From NCBI RefSeq assembly GCF_036321535.1, contig NC_087437.1, forward strand, positions 90,832,001 to 90,896,000: a stretch of 64,000 nucleotides of DNA. The letters are read 5' to 3'. Source of the stretch: Camelus dromedarius (lineage: Eukaryota). The notes beneath the pieces are model-generated. The model saw only the letters and a list, made by a program, of their open reading frames with translations. It was not told the origin of the DNA and did not search any database. Below are positions 51,611-64,000 of the stretch, piece after piece; positions within the stretch are counted from its first letter, which is position 1, and each line of letters begins with the position of its first letter. A program made the position numbers and the translations under genes.

Positions 51611-54600
51611 TTAAAGTTGAAGTATAGTTAATTTACAGTGTTGTGTTAGTTTGTGGTGTACAGCAAAGTGATCCAGTTACATATATACTATTTCTTTCAG
51701 AATATTTTCCGTTATAGGTTACTGTAAGATACTGAATATTGTCCCCTGTGTTATGCAGTAAACCCTTGTTGCTTATCTATTTTATATATATATTAGTGTG
51801 TATCTGTTAATCCCATACCCTTAATTTATCGCTCCCCTTTGGCAACAATAAGTTTGTTTTCTATGTTTGTGATTCTATTTTTGTTTTGTAAATAGATTCA
51901 TTTCTATTTTTTTAAGATTCCACATATAAGTGATATCATGTAATATTTGTCTTTCTATGTGTGACTTAGTTGACTTAGTATGATATTCTCTAGGTTTGTA
52001 CATGTTGCTGCAAATGGCAACATTTCATTCTTTTTTATGGGTGAGTAAACTCTACTATATATATTTAATATATACAGGTGTACATAATATATATATGTAT
52101 ATACCTATCTGTGTGTGTGTATATATGTGTTATATATGTATATATACTACATCTTTATTTACTCATTGGTTGATATACACTTAGGCTGCTTCCATGTTTT
52201 GGCTATTTTACATAGTGCTGCTATGAACATTGAGGTACATGTATCTTTTCAAATTAGAGTTTTCATCTTTTTCCATATATATATATATATATATACACCC
52301 ATGAGTGGGGTAACTGGATCAATACAGTACCTCTAATTTTAGTTTTTTAAGGAACCTCCATACTGTTTTCAGTAGTGGTTACACCAATTTACATTCCCAC
52401 CATTGACATAGGAGGGTGTCCTTTTCTCCACATTCTTGCCAGCATTTATTACTTGTAGACTTTATTGATAGCCATCCTGACCCCTGTGAGGTGATATACC
52501 TTATTATGATTTTTATTTGCATTTCTCTAACAATGAGTGATGTTGAACATCTTTTCATGTGCCTGTTGACCATCTGTGTCTTCTTTGGAGAAATATCTAT
52601 TTAATTCTTCTACCCATTTTTTGATCGTGTTGTTTGTTTTTCTGATATTGAGCTTTGTATGAGCTGCTTGTGTGTTATGGAAATTAACCCCTTGTCAGTT
52701 GCATTATTTGCAATATTTTCTCCCAATTTATATATTGATTTTCATTTTGTTTATGTTTAATTTGCCATACAGAAGATTTTAAGTTTGATTAGATCTCATT
52801 TGTTTATTTTTCCTTATATTTCTTTTGCTTTGGGATACTGAATTAAGATAATATTGCTACAATATATGTCAGAGAATGTTTTGCCTGTGTTCTCTTTTTG
52901 GAGTTTTATGGTGTCATGTTTTATATTTAGGTCTTTAAACTATTTGGGTTTATTTTTGTATATGGTGTGAGAGAGTGTTTTAATTTCATTGATTTACATG
53001 AGGCTGTCCAGCTTTCCCAACACCACTTGAAGAAAGACTGTCTTTTCTGCATTGTATATTCTTGCCTCCTTTGTCGAAGATTAATCGATATAGGTGTATG
53101 GATTTACTTCTGGGCTCTTTATTCTGTTCCATTGATCTGTATGTCTGTTTTTGTGCCAGTAACTCACTATTTTGATTACTATAGGCTTTGCAGTATTTCC
53201 TAAAATCTGGGAGGCTTATGCTTCCAGATTTGTCCTTTTTCCGTAAAACTACTTTGGCGATTCTGGGTCTTTGGTGGGTCTATATAAATTTTAGGATTAT
53301 TTGTTCTTGTTCTGTGAGAAATGTCATGGGTAAGTTGATAGTGATTGCATTAAATCTGTAAAATGCTTTGGGTAGTATGGTCATTTTAACAGTATTAATT
53401 CTTCCAGTTCAAGAGCATGGGCTGTCTTTCCATTTCTCTGAATCATAGTCAATTTCCTTTAACAGTATTTTATAGTTTTCAGCATATGGGTTTTTCACAT
53501 TCTTGGTTAGATTTATTCCTAGATATTTTTTGCTGCTATTTTAAATGGGATTTTTTTCCCTTTCTCTTTCTGATATTTCATTCTTGGTATAAAAAAATGA
53601 AAAACATTGCTGTGTATCAATCTTGTATCCTCTTACCCTGCTGAATTTGTTTATTAGTTCTTATAGTTTTGGGGTGTAATCTTAGTATTTTCTATATAGA
53701 GTATTATATCATCTGCACATAATGACAGTTTTACATCTTCGTTTCCAATCTAGATACCTGTAATTTCTTTTTACTGTCTGATTGCTGTTGGTAGGACTTC
53801 CAATACTATGTTGGATAGAAGTAGTGAGAGTGGGCATCCTTGTCTTGTTGCAGAACTTAGCAAGAAGGCTTTCAGCTTTTCACTGTTGAGTAGTATGCTG
53901 GCTGAGTTTGTCATAAATAGCTTTTACAATGTTGAGATATGTTTCCTCTATATCCACTTTGGTGAGAGTTTTTATCATGAATGGGTGTTGAATTTTGTTA
54001 AATTTTCTGCATCTATTGAGATGATTGGTTTTTTTTTTTTTTCTTGTCTTTGCTTTTGTTGATATGATGTTATCACATTGGTTAATTAGTATGTGTTTAA
54101 TCATTCTCGCAACCCTGGAATGAATCCAGCTTGATCATGGTGGTATGATCCTTTTTATGCACTATTGGATTCTGTTTGCTAAAATTTTACTGAGAATTTG
54201 GACATCTATATTCATCAAAGATATTGGCCTTTGATGAATAAAGAGATTTTTTGTTATGTATTTGTCTTGTTTTGATACCAGTCATTCATAAAATGACTTT
54301 GGGAGTATTACCTCCTCTTCAGTCTTTTGAAAAAGTTTGAGAAGGATACGTATAAATTCTTTTTCATATGTTTGGTAGAATTTCCTAGTGAAGCCACGTG
54401 GTCCTAGTTTTTTGTTCACAGGGATTTAAAAAAAATTTTTTTTTGATTACAGATTCTATCTCACTTATGGTGACTAGTCTATTCAAATTATTTATTTCTT
54501 CTTGACTTAATTTTGGCAGACTGTATGTTTTCAGAAATTTGTTCATTTCTTCTAGATTATCCAATTTACTAGCATATAATTGGGTTTTTTTATATATATT

Positions 54601-57600
54601 TCTGCAGTATTGGCTGTTATTTCTCCTCTTTTAGTTCTTATTTTGTTTATTTAAATTTTCCCTCTTTTTTTTTTTTCTTTTTCCTGGTGAGCCTGGCTAG
54701 AGGTTTGTGGATTTTGATTATTCTTTGAAAAAAACAGCTCTTGGTTTTGTTGATCTTTTCTATTTTTTTTTTTTTAATCTCTATTTTATTTATTTCCTCT
54801 CTGATCTTTATTTCCTTACTTCTGCTGACTTTGGGTTTTGTTTGTTTTTATATTTCTAATTGTTTTAGGTAGTAGGTTGAGTTATTTATTTGAGATTTTT
54901 TCTTACTTCTTGAGGAAGCCCCATATCACTGTGAACTTCCTTCTTAGAACTGCTCTTGCCACATACCATAGATTTTGTATGTTTATGTTTTCATTGTCAT
55001 TTGTCTTGAGGTGTTTTCTTCTTTCCTCTTTGACTTTATTACTGACCTATTATTTCTTTTAGTGGCATGTCGTTTAGTCCCAATGTATTTGTTCTTTTCC
55101 CAGTTTTCTTTCTGTAGTTGATTTCTAGTTTCATATCATTGTGGTCAGAAAAGACACAATACTTGGAATAATTTCTATCTTCTTAAATTTATTGAGGCTT
55201 ATTTTTGTGCCCTAGTATGTGATCTTTTACAGAGAATGTTCTATGTGCCCTTGAATGTGTATTCTGTTTTTTTTAATGTAATATCCTGAAGATATCAATA
55301 AATTCCTACTATTCTATTGTGTTATTTGGGATCTCTGTTGACTTTATTTATTTTCTCTCTGGAAGATCTGCCCATTGATGTAAATAACTTGTTAAAGTCT
55401 CTCACTATTATTGTATTCTTATTAATTTCTCCCTTTATGTCTGTTAGTATTTGTTTTATATGTTTAGACCCACCTATATTGAGTGTATGTATATTAATGG
55501 GTATAACATTCTCTTTTTGTACTGATCCTTTTATCATTATATAGCATCCTTCTTTGTCTTTTTTTATGGATTTGTTTTAAAGTCTGTATTGTCTGATACG
55601 AGTACTGCTACCTTCGCTTTCTTGTTGTATCCATTCACATGAAATATCTTTTTCCATCCCTTTACTTTCAATCTACCTGTGTCTTTCACTCTAAAGTGAG
55701 TCTCTTCTGGGCAGCATATTGTAGGGTTTTATTTATCCAGTCTGCCACTGTGCCTTTTGATGAAGCATCTAGTGCATTGACATTTAAAGTAATTATTGAT
55801 AAGTATATATTTATTACCACTTTAAACCTTGTTTTTCAGTTGATTTTGTATTTTTTCTTTGTACCTTTTTTCTTCTTTTTGTTTTTCCTTTTGTGGTTTG
55901 GTGGTTTTCTTTTGTATTATGCTTAAGTTTCTTTCTTTTTGGTTTTTGTGAATCTGCTCTATGTGTCTGATTTGTGGTTACCCCAGTTTTCAAACATGTT
56001 AACCCCTAACAATATCTACTTGCTTTAGACTGATGGTCATATAACTTCAAACACATTCTAAGAGATTTACATTTTTTACTCGCCTCCCACACATTTTGTG
56101 ATTTTTTGATGTTCTATTTTGCATCTTCCTGTTTATCCTTTTGCTGTTCATCAGAGTTATAATCACTATAACAAAGTTTTTTAATTGTTTTATAATCTAT
56201 GAACTACCTAGTTTAAGTAATCTTCAATCCTTTTGTGTATTTGCCTTTTCTCTTGTGTTTTTCTCCTTCCTCTGAATTCTTACTTCTTTCCTATCCAGAG
56301 AAGACCTTTCAATATTTCTTTTGGTTAGGTTTAGTATTGCTGTATTCTTTTAGTTTTTGCTTGAGAAAGCTTTGAGAGAAAAGCTTGAGAAATTCTTAGT
56401 TTCTCCTTCTTTTCAAAATGATAGTCTTGCTGGGTAGAGTATTCCAGGTTGTCAGTTTTTCCTTTTCAAGGTTTTGAATATATCATGCCACTCTCTTCTG
56501 GCCTGCAAAGCTTCTGTAAAGAAATCAGTTGATAGTCTTGAAGGAGTTCCCTTGTAATTGATTCTTTGTTTTTCTCTTTCTGCCTTTAGAATCTTCTATT
56601 TATCTTTAAATTTGCCACTTTAATTTTATGTCTTCGTGTGTGTCTGTTTGGGATCATCTTGTTTGGGACCCTTTGTGCTTCTTGCACCTAGATATCTGTT
56701 TCCTTCTTCAAGTTTGGGAAATTTTAAACCATAATTTCTTCAAATACATTTTTGATCCCCTTTTCTTTTTCTTCTCCTTCTGGAACCCCTATTGTCCATA
56801 GACTGTCATGCTTTGTATTATCCCATAGAGCTCAAATGTTGCTTTCATTTTTTCTCACTTATCTTTCTGTTTACTGTTCTGAGTGAACAATTTACATTAT
56901 TTTGTCTTCTAGATCACTTATTCATAATTTTGCATTATTTATTCTGCTCTTCATTGCTTTTATTTCAGCTGCTGAGTTGTCTAATTTTGATTGGTTCTTT
57001 ATAATTTTAGTTGCTTGTTACAGGGATCTGCATTTCTGTTGATAGTCTTTCTTAATTCCTTTTGCATTTTTATTACTTCCTTTTTGAACTCTGGGGCAGG
57101 GGGCAGTTATGTAGTAGACTGGAGAGGTCTGTTTTCATTGTTTGTTCTGTGAAGGTATTTCTTTTGTTCTTTTAACTGTAAGTAGTTCATCTGCTTTTTC
57201 ATTTTATTTAAATTATTCTTTCTCTATGAATTTAGGAGAAATGTTTACGTACTGTGGTCTTAAAGGGCTGTTTTAATGGAGAATCTCCTGTGTCAACTGT
57301 ATGAGTCCAGTATTTTTGGTGTGAGTGGTGTTTTTGGTATGGATACCTGCCATGTTTTTCATCAAGAGTGTGCTGGTTGTTATCCTCTTGATACAGGGGT
57401 TGTGATTGGAATTGTGACTAGAGCCTGCACTGGAAGTTGGGTGGGGCCTCCTCTTTGCTCTTTGGTTGTCACAACCCTGTCAATGCAGGGTCTGCTCCCC
57501 AGTTGTTGGAGTAGAAGCTTTGAGAGTCAGGTTTGATAAGACTCTGCTACCCTTAAGTGTGTTCTGTCCTCAAGGGGGAGAATACCAAGGCAAGTTAGGC

Positions 57601-58700
57601 CTGTGTGGTCACAGAAAATCTTTGCACTGCCCATGTAGGTATCCTTGGTCCTGCCCAGAAGCAACCCAAGGTTGCATCCCTTTTTCTGTTGTGTTCATAC
57701 CAGATCTAGTGTTTGGCTGGTGCTGGGAACAGAGCATTTTGGCTGCAGGAATCGAGGTAGTTCTGCTGCCTACTAGAATCTGGGCTGCCTCTGTGTTAGG
57801 ATGCTCCCGAGACCTGTCTACCCCAGATCCAGCTCCAAGCTGCAGTGTGGGATAGGCGTGACAGAAGTGCTCTCACTGCTGCATACTCCTCCCTAGGGTC
57901 TGTTGGAACATGTGATTTCTATGACACTACCTGCCACCCAGCGTGTGTGCCAACAAAGTCCACAGCTGCTGGACCTGCCCCCTGATCTACCCCTGCTGTA
58001 GTAGCACTGATAATTTACTCTGATGTCAGCTCTGCCTCTGCAGTCTGAATGCTTATGAAGTTAGCTGCCACCAGACCCATGCCCTGCCATTAGCATGCTG
58101 ACAGTGGGGCTCTTATGGGGCACCTGTGCCCCACCCTGGGTACACTAACAATGGTGGCCAAGACCACAGTCCAGGACGTTTTGGCTGTCTTCATGCAGCT
58201 GGACCAAGTCCTCCCCAGGGTCTGTCCACTGAAGCCCAGGTTTCAGTGCCTAGCCACTGCACATACTAGATGCCCTGACTGGCATACATTTCTAGCTGGG
58301 AAGTGCCATGACTTGGCAGCTGTCAGTGCTGGTCTCTCTCTGCCCTGATTGCTAGCAGGCCAGCACATGCATAATTCTTGGGCACTGAGACCAGGTCCCT
58401 TCAGCTCCCTATCTTCCCCACTGGGTCTCCCAGACAGCAAAAGGGGTTTCCAGGATAGGGGAATTCTTCCTTTTTCACACATCCCTCCCAGAAGCACTGG
58501 TCCCATTCCTGTCCCAATACCTTTTTAAAAAAATTACTTAGTTAAGTGGGGATCTTTCTTGCAACTTTGGTTGTATAAGAGACCTACTAGTTTTCAGGTA
58601 GTTTTTGTGAGGATTGTTTCATATGTAGTTTTTTTTGAAGTATTTGTGGGGGAAGGTGAGCTCTCCATCCTTCTGTTCAACCATCTTGTACTTCTTCTCC
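51611..58700 (-). mobile_element. Full-length (~7.1 kb) decayed L1
   Basis: 3' UTR at 51611, ORF2 ~52200-55820, ORF1 ~56270-57100, GC-richer 5' UTR ~57270-58700 ending ccatcttgtacttcttctcc. Flanking repeat agcaataattatt / aacaataattttt (51598-51610, 58701-58713). ORFs are fragmented. Confidence 0.95.
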
Positions 58701-59464
58701 AACAATAATTTTTAAAAATAGAGCTCTAATCTAAGAGATGACTTCTATCACAATGTGAATAATAATAACATAAATGTATGCATATTTATAGTTTGTCATG
58801 CTATCACATTTTTCGGTAGACTGACTTGCATGATTTTTTAATGTATTAAGAATACCCAAGACAATACTGAAAATTTTCAAAATTGGAAAATTTATACAAA
58901 CAAGATTATTAAGCAAGAAAAATTATAAAGACATGGTGATTAAGTTGTACTGATTGATTAAGTAATATTGATTCAAGGGTTGAGAAATATGAAAACAAAA
59001 CTGTAAGTCTTTTAAAATTATCTTTCATTCAATTTATATTAAAAACAAACAGAAAATTAATCTATAATGGTAGAGGTCAAAGAAATGTAGGGTAATATTG
59101 AGGGGACTGAGAAACTTAGTGTAATACTGTTTAAATTATTTTTTGATGTAAGTTTTGATTATTGGTTATATACAATATATAACAATTCTTCTAGTTGTCA
59201 ATTTGTGATGTTTGTATTTTTCACATGTATATATGTTAAACATCAGTACAATGTTTATCCAAAAAGTAAATTGTAGTCTCTTTATGAAAGACACTCTTTA
59301 TGTAGTACACAGATGACAAAGAAAGTTTGAATTTTTTTCAAATGTGTATTTTCAAATATTTTCCAGGCAAATTTCCAGGTAAAAAGCAAGGGTGACATTA
59401 TTAATACCAAATTATAAATTAAAGTAAATATCATAAAATGGTGCAAGTATCTAGTGGACTCTGA

Positions 59465-59890
59465 AGCTCCACTCAGATCCTTTACTGCCAACTCACTTTT
59501 CTCACAATTCTTATGATTATCATTTTTCTAACTTCAAACATCTGGATTCTGCATTGGAAATTGCCCTCAGCTTCAGGGAACTGCTTTGCCCAATTATGTC
59601 CATTCCCAGAGGGCAGGTTGTGGCCAATGACTGGCTAACTCAGGTATATAAATGCCTAACCAACTTGACTCAATATGGGGCAACTCTGAAGGTGCACCCC
59701 AGGTCCAGAACATCTTCAGGATTGTCTGAGGCCTCACCTACAATTCCATTGTGCATTTGTATCACTCTTGACTCAATCCTGACATTTTCACATTTGTATA
59801 GGCAAATCACCTGAGAACACTCCCCTATAAACATTCTATACAGAATTATTATTCATCTCAGAATCTGCTTCAAGGCACCCATGCTCAGGT
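59465..59890 (+). mobile_element. ERVL LTR (LTR16C-like)
   Basis: ggaactgctttgccca, ggccaatgactggct, ggtatataaatg, ggggcaactctgaagg, ctcagaatctgcttc motifs. Confidence 0.8.
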
Positions 59891-60444
59891 CAAAGTAATT
59901 ATTAACATAATTTTTGAGTGTGCTAAATAAATAGGACCCCACTACTTCACAAGAATCTTGAACTAATTGAGAAAGGCAATCAAATGATGGATATCAGAAC
60001 ATCAACTTTATTACTAATGAACCATATTGGAAGATGTGACTACAGGTACAACAAAAATGAGCACTGTGGTTTACACTGATTTACTCTTAACTCTCTCACT
60101 TCCAAACTCATTAGTCACAGACAGTGTAGGAAATTCGTAGGCACTGCTCACATAAGGTTTATCATTGTAAACTGTATTTCATAAGAGCAAAGATCATAAG
60201 ATAACCACACTGAGGGCAGCCTGGCTTCTAAGGAGGAAAGAGAAGAAGTAGCAGAGCTGCTCATGCCAAGTTCCTTAATTCAAACTCACTAATGCAATAA
60301 CATACCCACTACAGGGAAGTCGTGAGTGAAGGGGAAAGAGAGCACTAGGATATTTCTCTAAGGGCAAAAACCCAAAAAAGCAAAGATGATATAATGTGCC
60401 AATTTTAGAAGTATGGTGGTGGAGTACTATTGTACTGAGGTATA

Positions 60445-60560
60445 TTTGTTAATTTATTTATTATACACTCCAATCAAAAATGTTTGTTGAGTGTCCTCTG
60501 TAGGTCAGGCACTATGAGCTATTGATTCAGTTTACAAATTTAGGAATAAATCCTACTATT
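60445..60560 (-). mobile_element. L2 3' end relic
   Basis: aatgtttgttgagtgtcctctgtaggtcaggcactatg. Confidence 0.55.
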
Positions 60561-62157
60561 TTGAAAGCTACACAAGGGCTGATATATTAATTAGTTTTTT
60601 TCTTGCAGTTATCTCAGTAAATATTTGCTGAATTATTAAATAATACCTTTAAGGAAAAATAGTATTTTAAAAATATAATTTTATTGAGACTTTAAAAACA
60701 CTGTTTTCAGCTTTTACCAGAGGAAGTAGACAGAGAAAATAAGACAGAGACTGCATGCATATATAATTAATAGAGGCATCATAAAATGTCTCATAATTTT
60801 GTATTTAGAAATTGGAATTTTTCTGTTAAAAGTAAAACATTTATGAACTGATTTCTTAGATAGAAAAGCAGACAATTCTATATATTAAAAAGTACCAATT
60901 ATTTTCCAAATTTTCAGATTAAAATGACAAAGTTTCTTAAACAGAAAAATTAATGAAGAAACAGATACCCAAACCCACAAACATGCATATCTCAGAGATA
61001 CATAAAAAATAATATTTTTAAAAAGTTAATGAATGGAACTAAAAAATTCATTCTCCTCAAAATATCTTTACAGACAAAAACAAAGCTTGTTTATATGATC
61101 TATTTTAGAATAAATTAAATATAGCACTTCATCAATATTTATGACATTCTCAAAGCTATAGTTAGCTGAGAACTTATGTAAGATTATTTATTTCCATTTA
61201 ATAAACAGTATTTTGAAAAATAAACTTACTTTTTGACTCAATAAAGAACAAAAAGAGAAACATGGAGAAAGGCAATAGTAACAATAAAAATTTTACTGAA
61301 GGGATGTAGAAGAAAATGACATAATAGGAATAAGAAATGTTATAAATGAGAAATGAATGTAAGAATTTTAAAAAGAGATCATAATACTTAGCACGGCAAA
61401 TTAAGAAAAACAGTGTTTGTACTCTAAGAATGAGAGTGAAGCTTTATTATCATATATAGGGAAAGTTACAAAACATAAAGGAATTGTAAGTGATATATAC
61501 AACATATCTTAAATTTTCCATTCACACAATGAACATACAAGTGACCAAAGTTGATTCAAGAAAGACTAGAAGTGTTGTCTTAAATCAGTCAATTATTTTG
61601 GAGACACTGATGAAGTTGGTAAAAACTCTCCCACAATAAAATGTACCTGTCTAAACTGATTAATGTGTGAATAAATTCCAGTTTGAAAGGCTTAAATATG
61701 ACTAAGTGTTTTTAAATTTTCCAGAGCTCAGGAATAGAAGGAGTATTTTTGTTACTTATGGAAAGTTAGTATCTTCATTTTACTAAAACCTAAAAAAAGA
61801 GGACCACAAAAGAATCACATGCCACTACTACACTGCAATATAATTTGAATTCTTCAATAAAATGTCAGCATTAAAATATCTCAATATATTTAAATAACAT
61901 AAATAACCTCCTGGATTTATAATATGAAAACAGGGATAGTTTAACATTAAAATGTTTCAGTCTGATATCAGTGATGATCTTGAAGTTTAAAATCCAGCAG
62001 AAAAGCGCCCAGTGAGGGTAGACTAACAAAAATCTAACATGTCTTAGAAGTCATAATACAGCTTAGTTTGATTTGGGGATTGAATACCTAATAAGTCTCT
62101 CAAAACGCTTGGGTCAATTTAGATATTACATGGGTTCATTCAATTAAAATTACGCTA

Positions 62158-62247
62158 CGTGTATATGTATGACTGAACTATTATGCTGTGCACCAGAAAC
62201 TGACACAGCTTTGTAAATTGGCTATACTTCAATAAAACAAGTAAAAA
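62158..62247 (+). mobile_element. Very short L1 3' end
   Basis: tatatgtatgactgaactattatgctgtgcaccagaaactgacaca...ctatacttcaataaaa. Flanked by aaaattacgcta / aaaattatacta. Confidence 0.88.
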
Positions 62248-64000
62248 AAAATTATACTATCTCTTCACTAGTTCTGAATGAAAACATTTCCATAAGTTAA
62301 TAGGTTAAACATGAAACTAGAATTTTTACACAACCCTTGCTATCTTTAATAATTCTAATCACCTTACATCCCAGCTGACTACACTCAAGATTGTAAATTG
62401 TTTCTGTGTTTTCTTACCCATGCATCACTTAGTCTTCACCTTACTTATCTTTTGCTTTTGATATCATTGATGTTACATTATATTTTGCTAACATTTATTA
62501 ATTAGCAATTTTAAAACTCCCATATTTTCAAAATAAATAATTTAGAAAAAAATTAAATACATAAAAAAGAAATTGTATTTTACATTTTAATTTTCTACTT
62601 ATCTACAGTGTTGAGCCTATGTGTCTACCCCAGGCTTTCAGATGAGACCACAAAAAGGCTATATCCCATTTGTAAAGGCTGCACCCTAGAAGTAAAGTTC
62701 TCACACTGAGAGAAGAATCAGAATTAAATAGTCCAGACCTAAGAAAGCATGAAAACAATCCTTTGTATAATCAAGTTATTCAATAGTTTAAAAGGAATAA
62801 AATATATTGAGACCTGAATGTGTTATAATCATGAGACTTATCAGAGAGGAGCTCTGAGTGTAGTTAATACCGTATACTCAAGAGATAGTGGAAAACATAG
62901 AGAAAATAATGAAAAAGTGCAGACTTTTGAAAGGAAATTGGAAAATATAAGAAGAAATCAAAGTTATATAGATATGTGTATATATTATCTATATATAATA
63001 TTCTGTGTAGTTTTGCCAGAAGAGCAAATTATGTGGTTCTAAACATACCTGTGAAATTATACAAATTGCTATTTTTTCTTGAAAAGTAAAAATATTAATT
63101 TTGATTATATATATTATCTTAAATGTCAATCATAAACTTTTCTCCTTAGCTTCCTGCCACTTGTATATATAACTTGGCTTAAAATTGAAAATAAATAGAA
63201 CAAGGAAACATGGTTAATATAAACTACTAAAATAAAAAATCTTTAATGTTGACATTATGTAGACCAATTTTAAGGTTTTTCAAAACCTCATTTTTAGAAG
63301 TGAGAATATATAGTATTTTTATCATAATAAAATATTTTCAATACTAATTTGTTTAACAAAATAGTTTGATCAAACTTAGAGACAATGAAAAAAATTAGTG
63401 GAGTTATTGTGTCTTCTAATTTCATTACACTTGCTGAGTAAAGCAATTTGAAACAATTAATAGTATAATTGCAAATTTGATTACTAAACAAAATTTTTAA
63501 AATTCTGTGAATTATTAACTTCACTTAGCATGTTCCAGATGGGTGAAATATTTATTTAGAATAAACACTTCCGAATTTCTAACAAACAAATAGATACATA
63601 CTAAAATCTTATATGGCAAAGTGTCTTTTTATTCATTGCAGACTGTTTTAGAATTTCTCATCAACAGTATTTTGGGGAAAAAAATAGGTATTGTGTGCTT
63701 TCTGCTTTTTTTTTTTTTTCTTTTAGAGTTTTTTGAGAGTTAGTATTTTTTGAGATTGGGTTACATTTTCATATTTTAACTAATAACCATGAAATTTCTG
63801 GGTGAGTGTGGCAATTTCTACCATGGAAAGGAGCCTCAATAATTCACGAGTTGAGGTAATGAATAGCACTTTAATCTCTAGTATCTTTGGGTATATGAGA
63901 CTTTTGCTACATTCTGTATTTTTAAAGTGTAAAAGTTATGTGTAGGCCAAAGAAAGGCATCATCCACACAGGTTCTATAGGGTACCAGGAGAGAGGCAGA

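Noticed and set aside
57276..58506. Cluster of GC-richer ORFs
   Set aside because: They lie within the 5' UTR of the full-length L1.
1..64000. CRISPR arrays, operons, rRNA or other prokaryotic/viral coding systems
   Set aside because: No repeat-spacer arrays or long ORFs; the window is mammalian repeat-rich noncoding DNA, and no ERV gag/pol/env was seen.

Overview
AT-rich, repeat-dense mammalian DNA with no recognisable protein-coding or functional RNA gene. It is intergenic or deep intronic, and most likely camelid: it carries a tRNA-Ala(AGC)-derived SINE of the Vic-1 type and L1 3' ends resembling artiodactyl families. Decayed transposable elements make up roughly half of the window. These include a Tigger1 3' end, many L1 copies (one full-length at 51611-58700 and one near-full-length at 20400-25680), MaLR/ERV LTRs and MIR/L2/L3 relics. 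The ORF track is explained by TE remnants and chance ORFs. I found no convincing novel coding system. The most notable structures are products of L1 machinery: a TSD-flanked retrocopy of an unidentified mRNA 3' UTR (8553-8864), two L1 3' transductions (one with three stacked tails), a polyadenylated LTR lacking U5, and two internally deleted L1s. There is also a ~100-nt hairpin in TE-poor unique DNA (32180-32280). Repeat family names come from recalled consensus features, not from a database search.
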